A DNA stretch of 64,000 nt from Giardia intestinalis (taxonomy: Eukaryota): assembly GCA_000002435.2 (NCBI GenBank), contig CM018793.1; one strand, given 5' to 3'. Of this stretch, positions 44,718 through 56,600 are shown piece by piece. Under the pieces are notes generated by a model, which was given only the letters and a program-made list of their open reading frames with translations, did not search any database and was not told the origin of the DNA. The position numbers and the translations under genes are program-made. The first letter of the stretch is position 1; each line of letters opens with the position of its first letter.

Positions 44718-47700
44718 ATGATTTCGTGTCCCTCTGACATTATTCTCATGGAGCCGAGGGGACTGGCCGCCTACTTTCAAAACATGGGGGCTCTATGTGG
44801 ACTTGCAGACAGTATTATCTACTCTGAGGTGTCTGGGGCCATGTTTGCCGCGATGACTCCTGAGGCCTTTCTAACGGCACTTAACAGGCCTCTGGACCCC
44901 TGTGTGCTTAAGGAGTTGCGGCTGATCCAGAGCCTTATTCAGCAGAAGATAAAGGATAGCGTGCCTTCGTTTTTGGACAGCGTTTGCAAAGGTGTTATCC
45001 TGGGATGCTCTCCCACCCTCAATACTGAATGCAATGGTGATTCATCTGGTGAAAACATAGCTGACCTCCGGAGAGACTGTCCCTCATTTGGGGACGCGCC
45101 CAGATCTAGTCGATTCTATGAGATAGCAGTGCTTGGTTGCTGGAACAGTTCTATTTTGTGTGTTCCAGTCGACACCGTTGGATGCTACTTAGATGAATGT
45201 AATTACCCTAATCACCCGTCTCCTTCTATGCTCCCTCGCGGGTCTCTAGTCGACATTGTACTGAAGAGTGGATGTTCTGCCAGGTCTTCGATTGATACCG
45301 ATAATATAAAATTAGTTATTCCTTGCTCTAACACGTGGGAGGCGTCTCTAATGGGGCTTCTTTCCATGGTACATGACTATCTGAATACTGCACGGAAAGC
45401 CACCCACCCACCCTTTCATATTGGGATGTATTCGGCTCTTCCGTTCGCCTCGTCAGTCAGTCAATCTAGTAACCATGATGGTAATGTACTCACTACAATA
45501 ACTCTGGCGGATGTTCTAGAGTCCCCGGAGGCTATGTCCCAGGAACACACGTCCTACATGGAGCAAACTGCGTTTAGGTCTATCGACGAAGATATAGCGT
45601 GCAACAGCAGCTCACACGATGGCCTGTGTAACCCTAACGCTGATCAATGTACGGATTCTCTCAAACCCGTATCTGCCCCAAGCCCGATTGAATATGAGCC
45701 TTTGTCTCCACCTTCAGAGCAGCTGTTTCCAAGTTACCTGTTCTCTAATACTTCAGGTGCCTATAAGGAATTATTTGGCAGGCTTTCAGCCAGCGCGTCT
45801 GGTGAGATCCCATGCTACACTGACATTTGTGCTACTGGGATACCTCCATCCGGTTTCTATGCCCCTCTTCCCCAGTCTTCTGGGGTGTCTATTGGTATGC
45901 ATAAAAGCCTTTCTGACATGCCTCTACCATTCATGAACGCTCCCAATATTCTTCTACCTAATACAATCGCTAACGCCCACGTGAACAATAGGCTGCTTAG
46001 TAGTACGATGCAGTGCTTTAATGGATTTATTTACAAGTATAACCCTATGCTGGTCTTGCCCCTGTCCACTCGTTTCCGCGGAAGGATAGAGTTCATCCAG
46101 GACGGATACGGTTGTATAGTGTGTCCCCCTTTCAGCAAGCAAAGTCAAACAGCCCAGAGCATACCCACCTTCATGAATCCCGAGTTTGTCATGAGCGCAG
46201 AGAAGGCCGGGTGCGCCAGTATGCGAAAAGTGTTCCAATCGCTCGTGAACATTCCCCAGGATGTCCATAGCATGATGAACTATTCTCCACCAAATATCTC
46301 CTCGCTAAGCTCCTTCAATATCGCTGACGGGCTGTCGCTGTGCTGCTTCTTCGCAGCCCCCTGGGTCCAGACATCCCCTAACACCCCTGACTGTTCACTG
46401 ATAAGAGGGGACATTGTTGAGTTCAATCTTATACACGGGTATGGATATCTAGACGAGTATGCCGTCTATGGGAGTGCGAATCAGCCATTCTATCCGCTTG
46501 TCTCCAATGCAGCCCTAGAAGCTATGGCTAAACACGGTGGTCGTTTGGCCAAAGGGAAAGGAGAAAAGCAGCGCACAGAGAAGAAGAAAGGAGACGAGGC
46601 CCAGATGAAGCACAGTCTCTCAGCTCCTGCCGTCTCCACGAACCCCCTTATGAAGTTTAATCGAGCTGATCTCACCGACTACTATTTCCTGCATCAGTCA
46701 ACGAGTAATACCGCTGAGTATATCACGCTTCTGGCAGACAAGATTACCGTGGTCAAAAACACCCGTGTAACCAAATCACAGTGGCACAGCCTTCTCGTTG
46801 ATGGCCACATATATCAAGGAATTGTCTACACTTTCAATGAAGCAGAAAATTACGGATTCATTAAGTCCTACGGTAATCGTATGCAGGCAGGAACGCTGAG
46901 TCAAGGCATAGAGGTTTATTTTCGTCCCTCTCCTTCTAGTACCTGGAAACCGGAAAGAGGGTGCTTTGTTTCGTTCAAGGCGAAGTGGGTGGATTCTAAG
47001 GCCCAAGCAAGAGAGGTCAAGCCCATCTATAGCCGCACAAGCAGCTTCTTCTTTGGGCAGTGCCTGGGGGTCTTTCCTCCTTTTGCTATAATCAGAGCAG
47101 TGGCGCATATTGAGCACAAGATGAGCACGGAGAAATACGGCTTTTCCGGCCGCACGGTAGACTTTCTGCAGTGCCGTGGTCTCTTGACGGCAGGGGCCGA
47201 TCCAGAGCCATATGTCTATGATGGTCAAGACCCTTCGTTCTCTTGCAGAAAGATAGACCCGTATTGGGCCAGCGATGTTTACTTCGTCCGTACAAAGACT
47301 CTTGCTCAGGCGCTCAAGATATCCCTCGGGGTGGGCTCCTATGTCGGGTTCAACATCGACCCTGACATTAGCACGCATCTGCGAGCAGTCAATCTGTCAG
47401 TAATTGACCCTAGTATTTTCACTGATATCCTCAGCTATATTCAAAGGTACTCATCTAATGCCATTATACCTTCCCTCCGACATTCTGTATTAACGCAGCA
47501 GTCTATAGAGAAACTACCGTGGTCCCTTAACTTCCACATGCCAACCAGGGCAGAGCCCACTCCGTTACGCGCCTTTACATTCCACCTTGAGCTTGGCTCG
47601 CTGCAGGCAGTGTTCCAGGAAGGGACACTCCAGGATACGGGCTTTCTTCACAATTGTCAAATCAGGCTATCGTCTAAGTACGACACTCAGCTTTTAACGA

Positions 47701-48221
47701 TTCCATTGAATAGCGTCTTGAGACCGCTAGAGGTTGCTATTCCTTCCTCGCAATATGTATTTGTATGCTCAGAGATAGACTCTACCAACGTGCTGCCTAA
47801 TCAGCTCTATGAGCTGGGATATTCTAATACACTGTTACCGAGCACGTCCCCTCAGACCCATACAATAAGTCTAGCCCTACTTGTGAACTCCTCCACGACT
47901 TGCTATGCAATGCAAGTGTCCTACATAACTGATGAGTACGTCATCCTTAATAGCTTGACGATCAAATACGATACCTGTACAGCAGCGGAGTACGTGGAGC
48001 CCAGCCTCTTCTATATAGGAGTACCCAGATCAACATACCCACTGGGGTACATGTTCTTCGGGATGACGGTATATCTAACGGTATTGTCCACTAAACCGGA
48101 GCAGCTAGCCAACGGTCTAGTGCTTGGAAAGCTGTTTGCAAACAGAGATTATATATTAGTAGTATTTATTCTGTCTTCCGTTGACATAGAAATTACAGCA
48201 CCTACTCAAGCGCAGAGTTGA
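44718..48221 (+). CDS. Large hypothetical protein, 1167 aa
   Basis: ATG at 44718 after 'aataaatttaggtt'. 3.5-kb ORF with no recognisable domain. Confidence 0.5.
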   Translation: MISCPSDIILMEPRGLAAYFQNMGALCGLADSIIYSEVSGAMFAAMTPEAFLTALNRPLDPCVLKELRLIQSLIQQKIKDSVPSFLDSVCKGVILGCSPTLNTECNGDSSGENIADLRRDCPSFGDAPRSSRFYEIAVLGCWNSSILCVPVDTVGCYLDECNYPNHPSPSMLPRGSLVDIVLKSGCSARSSIDTDNIKLVIPCSNTWEASLMGLLSMVHDYLNTARKATHPPFHIGMYSALPFASSVSQSSNHDGNVLTTITLADVLESPEAMSQEHTSYMEQTAFRSIDEDIACNSSSHDGLCNPNADQCTDSLKPVSAPSPIEYEPLSPPSEQLFPSYLFSNTSGAYKELFGRLSASASGEIPCYTDICATGIPPSGFYAPLPQSSGVSIGMHKSLSDMPLPFMNAPNILLPNTIANAHVNNRLLSSTMQCFNGFIYKYNPMLVLPLSTRFRGRIEFIQDGYGCIVCPPFSKQSQTAQSIPTFMNPEFVMSAEKAGCASMRKVFQSLVNIPQDVHSMMNYSPPNISSLSSFNIADGLSLCCFFAAPWVQTSPNTPDCSLIRGDIVEFNLIHGYGYLDEYAVYGSANQPFYPLVSNAALEAMAKHGGRLAKGKGEKQRTEKKKGDEAQMKHSLSAPAVSTNPLMKFNRADLTDYYFLHQSTSNTAEYITLLADKITVVKNTRVTKSQWHSLLVDGHIYQGIVYTFNEAENYGFIKSYGNRMQAGTLSQGIEVYFRPSPSSTWKPERGCFVSFKAKWVDSKAQAREVKPIYSRTSSFFFGQCLGVFPPFAIIRAVAHIEHKMSTEKYGFSGRTVDFLQCRGLLTAGADPEPYVYDGQDPSFSCRKIDPYWASDVYFVRTKTLAQALKISLGVGSYVGFNIDPDISTHLRAVNLSVIDPSIFTDILSYIQRYSSNAIIPSLRHSVLTQQSIEKLPWSLNFHMPTRAEPTPLRAFTFHLELGSLQAVFQEGTLQDTGFLHNCQIRLSSKYDTQLLTIPLNSVLRPLEVAIPSSQYVFVCSEIDSTNVLPNQLYELGYSNTLLPSTSPQTHTISLALLVNSSTTCYAMQVSYITDEYVILNSLTIKYDTCTAAEYVEPSLFYIGVPRSTYPLGYMFFGMTVYLTVLSTKPEQLANGLVLGKLFANRDYILVVFILSSVDIEITAPTQAQS

Positions 48222-48347
48222 CGCAAAGCGCAGGTGCCATCGGTTAATGATTAGTGTCTAGTGAATTGATTCTTCAACCCCTACCCTTTCCACTATCGAG
48301 TCGAAATATCATGCTTAGAACCTGGCTATGATAGTGGCTGGCATCAG

Positions 48348-48926
48348 CTAACAGTAGCACCGTGAAGAAGGAGGAGCTATCTCGAGGTCCTCAAGGGAAA
48401 GGACAGACTTCGGCATGCTGCTGGCCATCTTGCGAGCAATGATTGTGCTCATTTCAGCTATTACTTGATTGGTGCCAATTCCAGTGAGGCCACAAATGAA
48501 GAATATCGGAGAGTCATAGAGCGCAGCGAACGCCCGGGCCTCCTCATGAGTTACAGCAATCTTGTGATTCAGCTCTGCTAAGTCACACTTTGTCGCCACG
48601 AAAATAATAGAGAGATCCGGTTCCAGCCCAAGAACCTTCTGCACATACTGCGAGGCCGCCACAAAGCTTGGCCTGGAGACGAAATCGAAGACTACCAGAC
48701 ATATACATGCGCTCTTGTGCGCTAGAGACGAGACACCTCCCATATATTCGCCCTTCATTGTGTCCCACAATCGGATGCTCACGGTTTCGCTTCCGACACG
48801 CAGGCGCATACTGTGGATGTCTACGGTCTCGGTTGTATCTCTGGGTGGTCTGTTGTATGCAAGAGAATGAACAAGGGTGGTCTTCCCGCAGCCCGCCGAC
48901 CCCACCACACTGACTTTGTACCGCAT
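48348..48926 (-). CDS. Rab-like small GTPase (divergent), ~192 aa
   Basis: From the first ATG: MRYKVSVVGSAGCGKTTLV (G1), WDTxxxE (G3), TKCDL (G4), C-terminal CYC prenylation-type motif. The track start at 48959 is TTG. Confidence 0.7.
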   Translation of the reverse strand: MRYKVSVVGSAGCGKTTLVHSLAYNRPPRDTTETVDIHSMRLRVGSETVSIRLWDTMKGEYMGGVSSLAHKSACICLVVFDFVSRPSFVAASQYVQKVLGLEPDLSIIFVATKCDLAELNHKIAVTHEEARAFAALYDSPIFFICGLTGIGTNQVIAEMSTIIARKMASSMPKSVLSLEDLEIAPPSSRCYC

Positions 48927-48982
48927 GGCTGTTAGGATTTTTTGTGTCTCAAGCGCCAAAGGGATTTACTAGCCGGGTTCGC

Positions 48983-49753
48983 CTAGACAATATTAGCACG
49001 GCAGCGGTCTTTTTCTGCAGCGGTGATCGTTTTCAGAAACTGTTCAAGGCTTTCTTGAGCATTGTTTGTGTGCCTCTTCTTTTCAATCTCCTCGCCGATC
49101 GCCTTAAGTTTAGAGCCAGCTTTGCCGAGCTCCTCGCCAGTGACCTTGCTGGCCGTGATAAGGCCCTGAAGGACTTCCCAGTCAAGGGTTTCCATTTGAT
49201 TGCGTAGGCCAACGAAGCGCTTGTTGACGTCAGCAAGTTGCTCAGTGATTTCTTCGCTCTTCTTCTCGAGTCTTGCTTTCTCCTTAAGAGTGCTACTGGA
49301 TGGCTCCGATCCGTCAAGCTTATGAGAAAGAGTCGTCATTGCCGTGTTGGTTTTGTGCTTGTCGCTGTCCAGCTTTGCCCGCTCCTTGAAGGACTTATCC
49401 ATCGTTGCCTTGAGAGTCGCAAGTTCTTTAGTATTCTCTTTGTATGCGTCTTCTAGCTTTGAAATAGACTGGGCCTCAAACTGTTCTGAAAGCTTCTCTA
49501 AAGTTTGGCAAACGGAGCTGCAGCTGTCTGCTATAAAGTTCTCGCTGAACGGTAGGGTCTTTGGATGGGGTGCAACAGACGCGTCCACTAGCTTCTGGAA
49601 GTCCTTGGTATAGTGGTCAAGGGCGGCCTTAAACTCCTTCTGGAGATCGATGAGCCACTTACAGTTGGCTAGGCTATCGGCAATATGCGTTAGCCCCTCT
49701 CCTTCCTTATTCTCAAGGGCAGTCTCATATCCAAATGTCTGCTTGCTTGGCAT
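48983..49753 (-). CDS. Hypothetical all-helical protein (~256 aa)
   Basis: The track start is TTG. The first ATG (MPSKQTF...) is preceded by 'attgattaataaa'. Amphipathic helical, K/E-rich sequence. Confidence 0.45.
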   Translation of the reverse strand: MPSKQTFGYETALENKEGEGLTHIADSLANCKWLIDLQKEFKAALDHYTKDFQKLVDASVAPHPKTLPFSENFIADSCSSVCQTLEKLSEQFEAQSISKLEDAYKENTKELATLKATMDKSFKERAKLDSDKHKTNTAMTTLSHKLDGSEPSSSTLKEKARLEKKSEEITEQLADVNKRFVGLRNQMETLDWEVLQGLITASKVTGEELGKAGSKLKAIGEEIEKKRHTNNAQESLEQFLKTITAAEKDRCRANIV

Positions 49754-50102
49754 TTTATTAATCAATTGTGGGTATGGCCAGTGCAGTACAGTACCGTTCA
49801 ATCCTCTCTTGACAAAGGAGTTTCCCGGCAAAACACAATCTACCGGTTCGTTAGAGTTTATGCCTTGACGCTCTAATGCTTGATCTGATTACAGTAAATA
49901 TTTGTGACGTACACTTTATAAGATATATGAAATCAATGGAGTTAAAGAAGTGAACTAAGAGGACTAGCCAGCATTCGGATTCTGAAGGGTCTCACAATAC
50001 CAAAACTTGGCGGCTTGTTCCAGAATTATGTCCAATTGTAATTAAAATTACGACAAATGCGATAAAATATTGAAGACCTTTGTTTTCAAGACCTGGTGAC
50101 AA

Positions 50103-50426
50103 ATGTCCGAGTATCGTGACTACGTAGTCCGCTACAAGAAGCCAACTACAAACAATGCAAACAAGAAGCCGGCAGGAACTTACGACAAAGATCCCGGAGA
50201 CAATGCATTCGGCCCCAAAGCTATCGAGTTTGAAGTGCGTCGCAACCTGGAGCGTGCACGTGCCGCGAAGGGCATGAACAGAAAGCAGCTAGCTGATGCA
50301 GCGTATATCAAGGAATCGCAGCTCGCAGCTTGGGAATCCGGCTCTGCTCCCATTCCTGATGCTGTCATTCCTAAGTTGGAGAAGGTCCTCGGTACAAAGC
50401 TAGTCCCAGAGAAGGATAAGAAGTAA
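50103..50426 (+). CDS. MBF1: Multiprotein bridging factor 1 (MBF1), HTH_XRE-type
   Basis: 107 aa. The C-terminal HTH region (KGMNRKQLADAAYIKESQLAAWESGSAPIPDAVIPKLEKVLGTKL) matches MBF1. Confidence 0.8.
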   Translation: MSEYRDYVVRYKKPTTNNANKKPAGTYDKDPGDNAFGPKAIEFEVRRNLERARAAKGMNRKQLADAAYIKESQLAAWESGSAPIPDAVIPKLEKVLGTKLVPEKDKK

Positions 50427-50642
50427 GGGCTTGTGCATTGCTACTACTGAGTCTACTTGAGGGTGGATGCATCTACACTCTGACTTCGGCTTTGATCTTT
50501 CAGACACCTCAAAGGCTGTAACTGTGTAAACAGATGCGCTTTCTTGCAGAGATAACCCCTTACAAAGTCTGCCTATGAATGCCTTGTCCTTGCTCACATG
50601 TAACAGAACGGCTTAGTCAAGAGGCCATTGAATAATTAAACC

Positions 50643-53600
50643 ATGAGAGGCTTCACGTTCAGCGTCGGCGGGGGCTGCCGGAATGCTCCTGTCGACTTTG
50701 GACCGTGTAGAGCAGGGACTTCCACGGTGATAGAGGTTCTCTTTAGCTCCACGCTCTCTGTAAGCGTTAACGTTAGCATCTCAAATTTGCCACGGCACAT
50801 TGATGCTGTTCCCAAGCAATTTATTCTCAATCCCTCGAGCAAGATGAATGTGAAGTTCACATGGGTCTCAAAGGATACTAAATTTCAAATCCTCAACGAA
50901 ACTCTGAATGTTGAAAGCCAGAAGTCAGTGCAGCACCTTGTGCTCTTGGGCTTAGCAACTGAGAAGGAACTGAACATCTTTTTTTCGGCATCCAATGAGA
51001 AGCTCTACTTTCGTATTTTGGGTCGGCCCGAGACTTTCTTTGTCCAATCTCCTATTTTTGAGGACACAGCGGGCAGCGAGGCCTTTATATCACGAACTGC
51101 TTTGGCTCAAAAAGGGACAGACCCATTTGTGCTACTCAGCGATAGGGCCATATATGATAAAGTACTACACCACGGCTCCAACATTCTCAACAACTTCACT
51201 AACTCACTCCTACACACCTCATACTTGGCTGGGTATGAAGTTTTTCAGGCAACCTTCTTGAGGGACACCCTCCCCAACATTCTTATGACTGCACACAGAA
51301 GATACAGCCAAGCGATACCGGCAATACGGCGTAAGATTACCTTTAGAGGAGACATTTCTGCCCCTCTCGATCAGCAATGTAGATCCATGCTATCGCTAGC
51401 TTTGGAGTCCATCGACGGGGCGATTTTCCGGTTAGTTTGCGATTGTTTGTATAGGCCCCAGCCCAATCTTTTCGCCCTCTTTGATTTGCCACAAGTGCGT
51501 ATTGCAGACATCCTGCTCAAGTTGCAGCAATCAGAGATAGTGAAGCAGCTCTTCTGTAGGGGGTCAGCTGGGCTACAGAACAGAGCCCTCAGCATAGAAG
51601 ATCAACGGGTGAATAAGACTCGGAACTGTAACCTCTTTATCGTAGTTCTCTGCTTTATCGATCTATCTCTCATAGTGTATAAAGCATCAGGAATACTCCG
51701 GCCCCTGCAGCACCACGTGGAAACTGTTGCAGCGACAGGAAAGCGTAGTAGTATAACGCAAGCAAGAACGTTGACAGAATTTCTCAACTCGTACTATACT
51801 ATAATTGGCTCAACTGGGGGACTTAGCACAATTTTAAATGACCTAGGATTTAGTTGGTTCAATCAGTCGATAGAACAGCCTCACCCTATTTCCTCCATAA
51901 GCTCACCACTTAAGAATGAAAACATTGCTAACTTCAGGACTCTTCTCCCCCATCTGCTTCTCTATATGTCGAGGAAACGCGAGTACTGCCCAGGCGCATT
52001 AAAGATACCTGCAGAGACGTATGAAGAAATAATAGAAAATATGCGGATACTTATATCCTTCTGCTGGCCACACAAGCTTGTCCTCGAGGCATCGAAGGGA
52101 CTCAACAAAAATTTGGCATCTCTCCCATCTTTGACGAAGACAATGCTGAATAAAATAATATTAACCATCATCAAGGAGAACCAAATGGCTGGACTTTTAT
52201 GTTCAGAAAAGGTCTTCTTGGCCTGCCTCAATAGTACAGTGGAAACCTCTATGATTAGCATCTCCTGTCAGCAGATATTTAAAAGATTGAAGTACGTTTT
52301 CAACCCGTCTAATAGCCCTATTGTTCGAACGGTTGATCGTATGTACGACGAGTTCAGGCGTAAGCAGGAAGCATTGACTCGTTCCTCTGTTATGCTAAGC
52401 AATGCCAGCGTGCTGGATATCATCATATCCGGGTCACAGGCACACCCCTCCTTCACCGGAAAGAAGCATCGTACGCTTCTGGCCACCCTGGAGCGTCACC
52501 TCAGTTCCCACAGATATTCAGAATTTCTATTGCTTGCTTTGCAAATGGTCGCGTTAGTCCATGGATATGATCTAAACGGTGTAATATTTGACCCGCGGGA
52601 TTGTGTCAACAACGGCCTTCTTTTGATAATGATAGCTCGTGTTATTCTTCCCACAGGAAGACGGATATTTCCAGGCAAGACGCTCTGGAAGTTTAACTTT
52701 GCAGGCACGTTGCAATCATCCATGGTATTATCCACGTACAGCGAACCAGAGTGTTACAACAATGATGATGTTAGTGAGCCTGAAGATGGGTTTAGTTGTT
52801 CTCTCCGTAAGAGTAGCACGACGGATCCTTCTGGCTGGGATGATACCAGGAGTTCTAAATTTGAGCGCTTCAGCTCCACGCGGATTGCCACTTTGTCTGA
52901 GAAAGAACCAACCCTTTCGCAAATCATCATGCAACAGCAAGAGCGCGATGGATATGTGAAGCCAGAGCATAATGTTCTCAGGCTCGCCGACTTCTATAGC
53001 TGCCACTTGGCGTTTATCTCTGCACTCGAGCGCTACGAAGAGCTACTACAAAAGTGGGACTATAGTCTCTCCCTTGAGGTTTTTGCTAACAGACACTCTA
53101 TCCTTCGCGTTTTGCCCAGCTTCGTTTATTCTGATAACATCCGTGAACGGACGCGATATAGTTTTTCACTATTTAGATTGATTGATGCCTACACACGTAG
53201 TATGGGAAGCACACTTCCTAATACTAGCATGTTGTCATACTACGTATCAATTCTGTTTGTTACTGCACTTGTTTCCAATGATTATTGTCTGACAGGAGAC
53301 ATTAAATTAGAGCTTCTGCACATTTCACCTGAAGAACGCGACTATCAGAACCTTCTAAACAAATATGCAAAGAAGACAGAACAATACAGAATACGGACCC
53401 GTGTAGACCGCCGAATAGCAGCCATTCAAGCGTCATGCAGAGGCTTTCTTGCCAGACAGTACTACCGACGTGTTCGGTACAGCGCACTTGTCATCCAACA
53501 CATGTGGCGTACAAAGCTTTATCACTTCGAAAAAGGCTACCTTCTTACGGCACAGGCTCGCCGAAATCTCTACTTACGAGCTCTTCTCACACATGAGTCA

Positions 53601-56600
53601 CGCCCCCAGGATGATATATTTAATACTGAGCCTGGAAAAAGAGTCCTGAAGGCTGTTTTGTCCATTCAACGCTATGTCAAACAGAGAGCTCTTAGAAGAG
53701 TGATGCCTACAATTCAGATATATCTTGCAACAAAGCGACGTACCCTTGCAAGTCACACAACTATGCAGGCAGTTCGCGTCTTGCAGTACCACATGCTAGC
53801 ATACAGTCTGCTATCCTTTCTTAGGCTTTTGGCGGATGCTGAGCGCATCTTTAAACTTTCATGGAGTGACGTAAAGCTGTTTTTGCCCACTGCTTTGCGT
53901 GGCTCACTCTCGTTGGCAGAGTCTTGTGATCTATTGGAGCTACAAATCACAGGTACTGCCACCTCTCCGAATACAAACAGATTTACTAACCTAGGATTTT
54001 CCACGCAATATTTGCACATAGGACCATACCTATCTATTTCACGCAGCAAAGCACAGCTCGAGGAGTACATAGCACGTATTTCTAGTGTGGGGACAGTGTT
54101 TCGCGCTAGTTACGCTGGGTATATAGTTAGAAGGACTCTGGCACTGATGCTCAGCAGGGCATCTTCTTATCCGCATCAGAGCATAAATCACAAACAGAGC
54201 ATCTTTTATGGCGCGCGCTGGATGCAGTATCATCCTGCAGACGTTCTACATGTATTACTCAGTCGCCAGTATTCTGTGGAGAACAGAGAGTATGTTCTTA
54301 GCGCATACATAGCTGAATACCATGGTCTTCTATCGAGTGTGTTGCTCATTCAAGCATTTTTCAGGGGCACAAAGGAGCGACTTCGTGCCAGGGTTCTTCA
54401 GGCGATTGTTAGGCAGATGATAGGCACTTCCAATCTACAAGACATTACTGACTCTTTTTATATATTTGTCCTTCGTGAGGCAACAAGGAGTGTCGGTTTG
54501 TTAGAAGCTGAAGCACTAAAAAAGCTAGGTAAGCGTTTAACTGTGGATCAGTACATTCAGATGATAACTTTATTCATGGATACGCTCTTACTGCGAGTGT
54601 CTAGGATACAAGCAGCGTTTAGAGGATGCAAGTTACGGACTACGCTTTATCGAATTCGGTGTGCTTGTTGCAACGACTTTATACTCATGCGCTTTGCCAT
54701 TTCCAACGACTTCAACTACTATGCGCTAGTTGATGCAGAGATGATAATTTTACGGTGCATGAGAAGACATCGCCAACGAGTCCTGGTTGCCAGGGCCATT
54801 CAAGCGGCTCCTTCTGCAGTAAAGCTGTTCATAGACGAAGCATCTCTTCGAGGCATCCAGACAATCGCTGATTTCAACGCTTATCAAGATAGGATACTTC
54901 GCGCAGCAACCCTTTTGCAATCTATGGTGCGCATGCTCATAACCATAAGGAACATTAATTGTGTCATGACGGTAAGCCCAATACTGCTCAGATATCCAAT
55001 AATTTGTGATGGTCTGTTGCTACCAACCGTTATCTTTCGCGAGGTTATGCTCAAGCATGTTATTGACAATACTGTGCGTCTACAGAGCTGCGCACGAGGA
55101 TATAGAGTTCGACTACGCCAACAACTGCTTCATTTACTTCTCGAGAAGATGCTTGGTATCACATGCTCAACCTCTTTTCATCATGATACTGCGTCGCGGA
55201 TCAAGCAGATTGTAATCCGTCGACTAGATCTAGTTACGTGCAGCCCTAAGGATATTCTTGAGCATACCGATGGTGTTTCCAGGTCTGTGGTTATTCTCCA
55301 GGCTCACATCCGGGGATGGGTTGTGCGTAGAAACTATAGGGATGGTGTACTAGTTTCTGTGAGAATAATTCAAAGGGCAATAAAGACTTATCTACACAAC
55401 TTATTTACTAAGCTGGTGAAAAAGCATGATACACTTTTGAATGACCTTCCACTTCTTATTTCTGTTGGTATAGTTAGCCAAGATATTGACGTAGGACTTC
55501 GTCGAGATATACCCTATCTTTCCGCTGGTAGCCTTGCTATGCTACAAGATACGTGTGACAGACTCTTATGCGCATTAGCTAGTTTTCGTGGAGTGGTTGT
55601 CAGGCTAAGGCTACGAAGGCTCAGGGATATATCTACGACACAGTGTATATTTAGAATGCTATGGCACCAAGCTTCTGTGCACGATCAGCTTCCACCGTCC
55701 GTTACCTCTACACTCAAGATTTACGGTTTACTAAATAGCAAATCCATCATTCTTCAGACATACATGCGTCGCCGCTTAGTGCACTTGAGACTAGGCTTAA
55801 TACAGCACCTAACCAATAAGCTGGTGAATTTAGAGATGCAGTCACAGTCTTCTGTGGCGCGTTTCGTGAAGCAAACCGTTCTCTATGTTGCGTTGCAGGC
55901 GGGTCTTACTGATGCAGCCATTTTCGATGCACTCGATGCGACTACTGAAAGCATAACTCTCATCCAGCAAACTATCAGACGGAGAGTGCTTATACGGAAT
56001 ATAGGTCTATTGAAAATTATGCACCTAACATTCAGCAATCTGTCGCCTCTACCTTTTCACATGATAATTCAGTTTTTTAGAAACGTAGCAGCTGACCGTC
56101 TGCTGTGGACGATTCGCAGTAGAAAACGCTCCACTGCAATATTGTATATTATAGACAAGAGTTTGGAGCGTGTACAAGCCCGTGCTCTCAGTTATCTCGC
56201 TCTTCAGATGCAGCACACCTACAATCGTCTGGAATTGGATCCTATTCTTTACGATTTGTTGTGTGACCCCAACGTGCAAAGCAGTAGTGCGTTACAGAGG
56301 GCTTATGAAGAGTTAGATAGATCAACACGCATGATACAAGCCTGGCTTCGGGGGTGCAGGGCTCGCCGGCTAGTGTCCACTTGCCGGGCGACATTGCTTG
56401 CTCACTGCAGCCATGTTGATTCACGGTTACAGAGGATCCTACTCCACCATTTGCACAGGTGTGAAAATCAGCTAGAAAGCGTAGAGTCTGTTGTATTGAC
56501 TTTGGTGAGTGCAGCGACTTGCATTCAGCGATACTATCGTGGCTGGTGTGTACGTTGGACTCTTAAACGCATTGCTCCATCACTAGCCTATTTAATGCTT

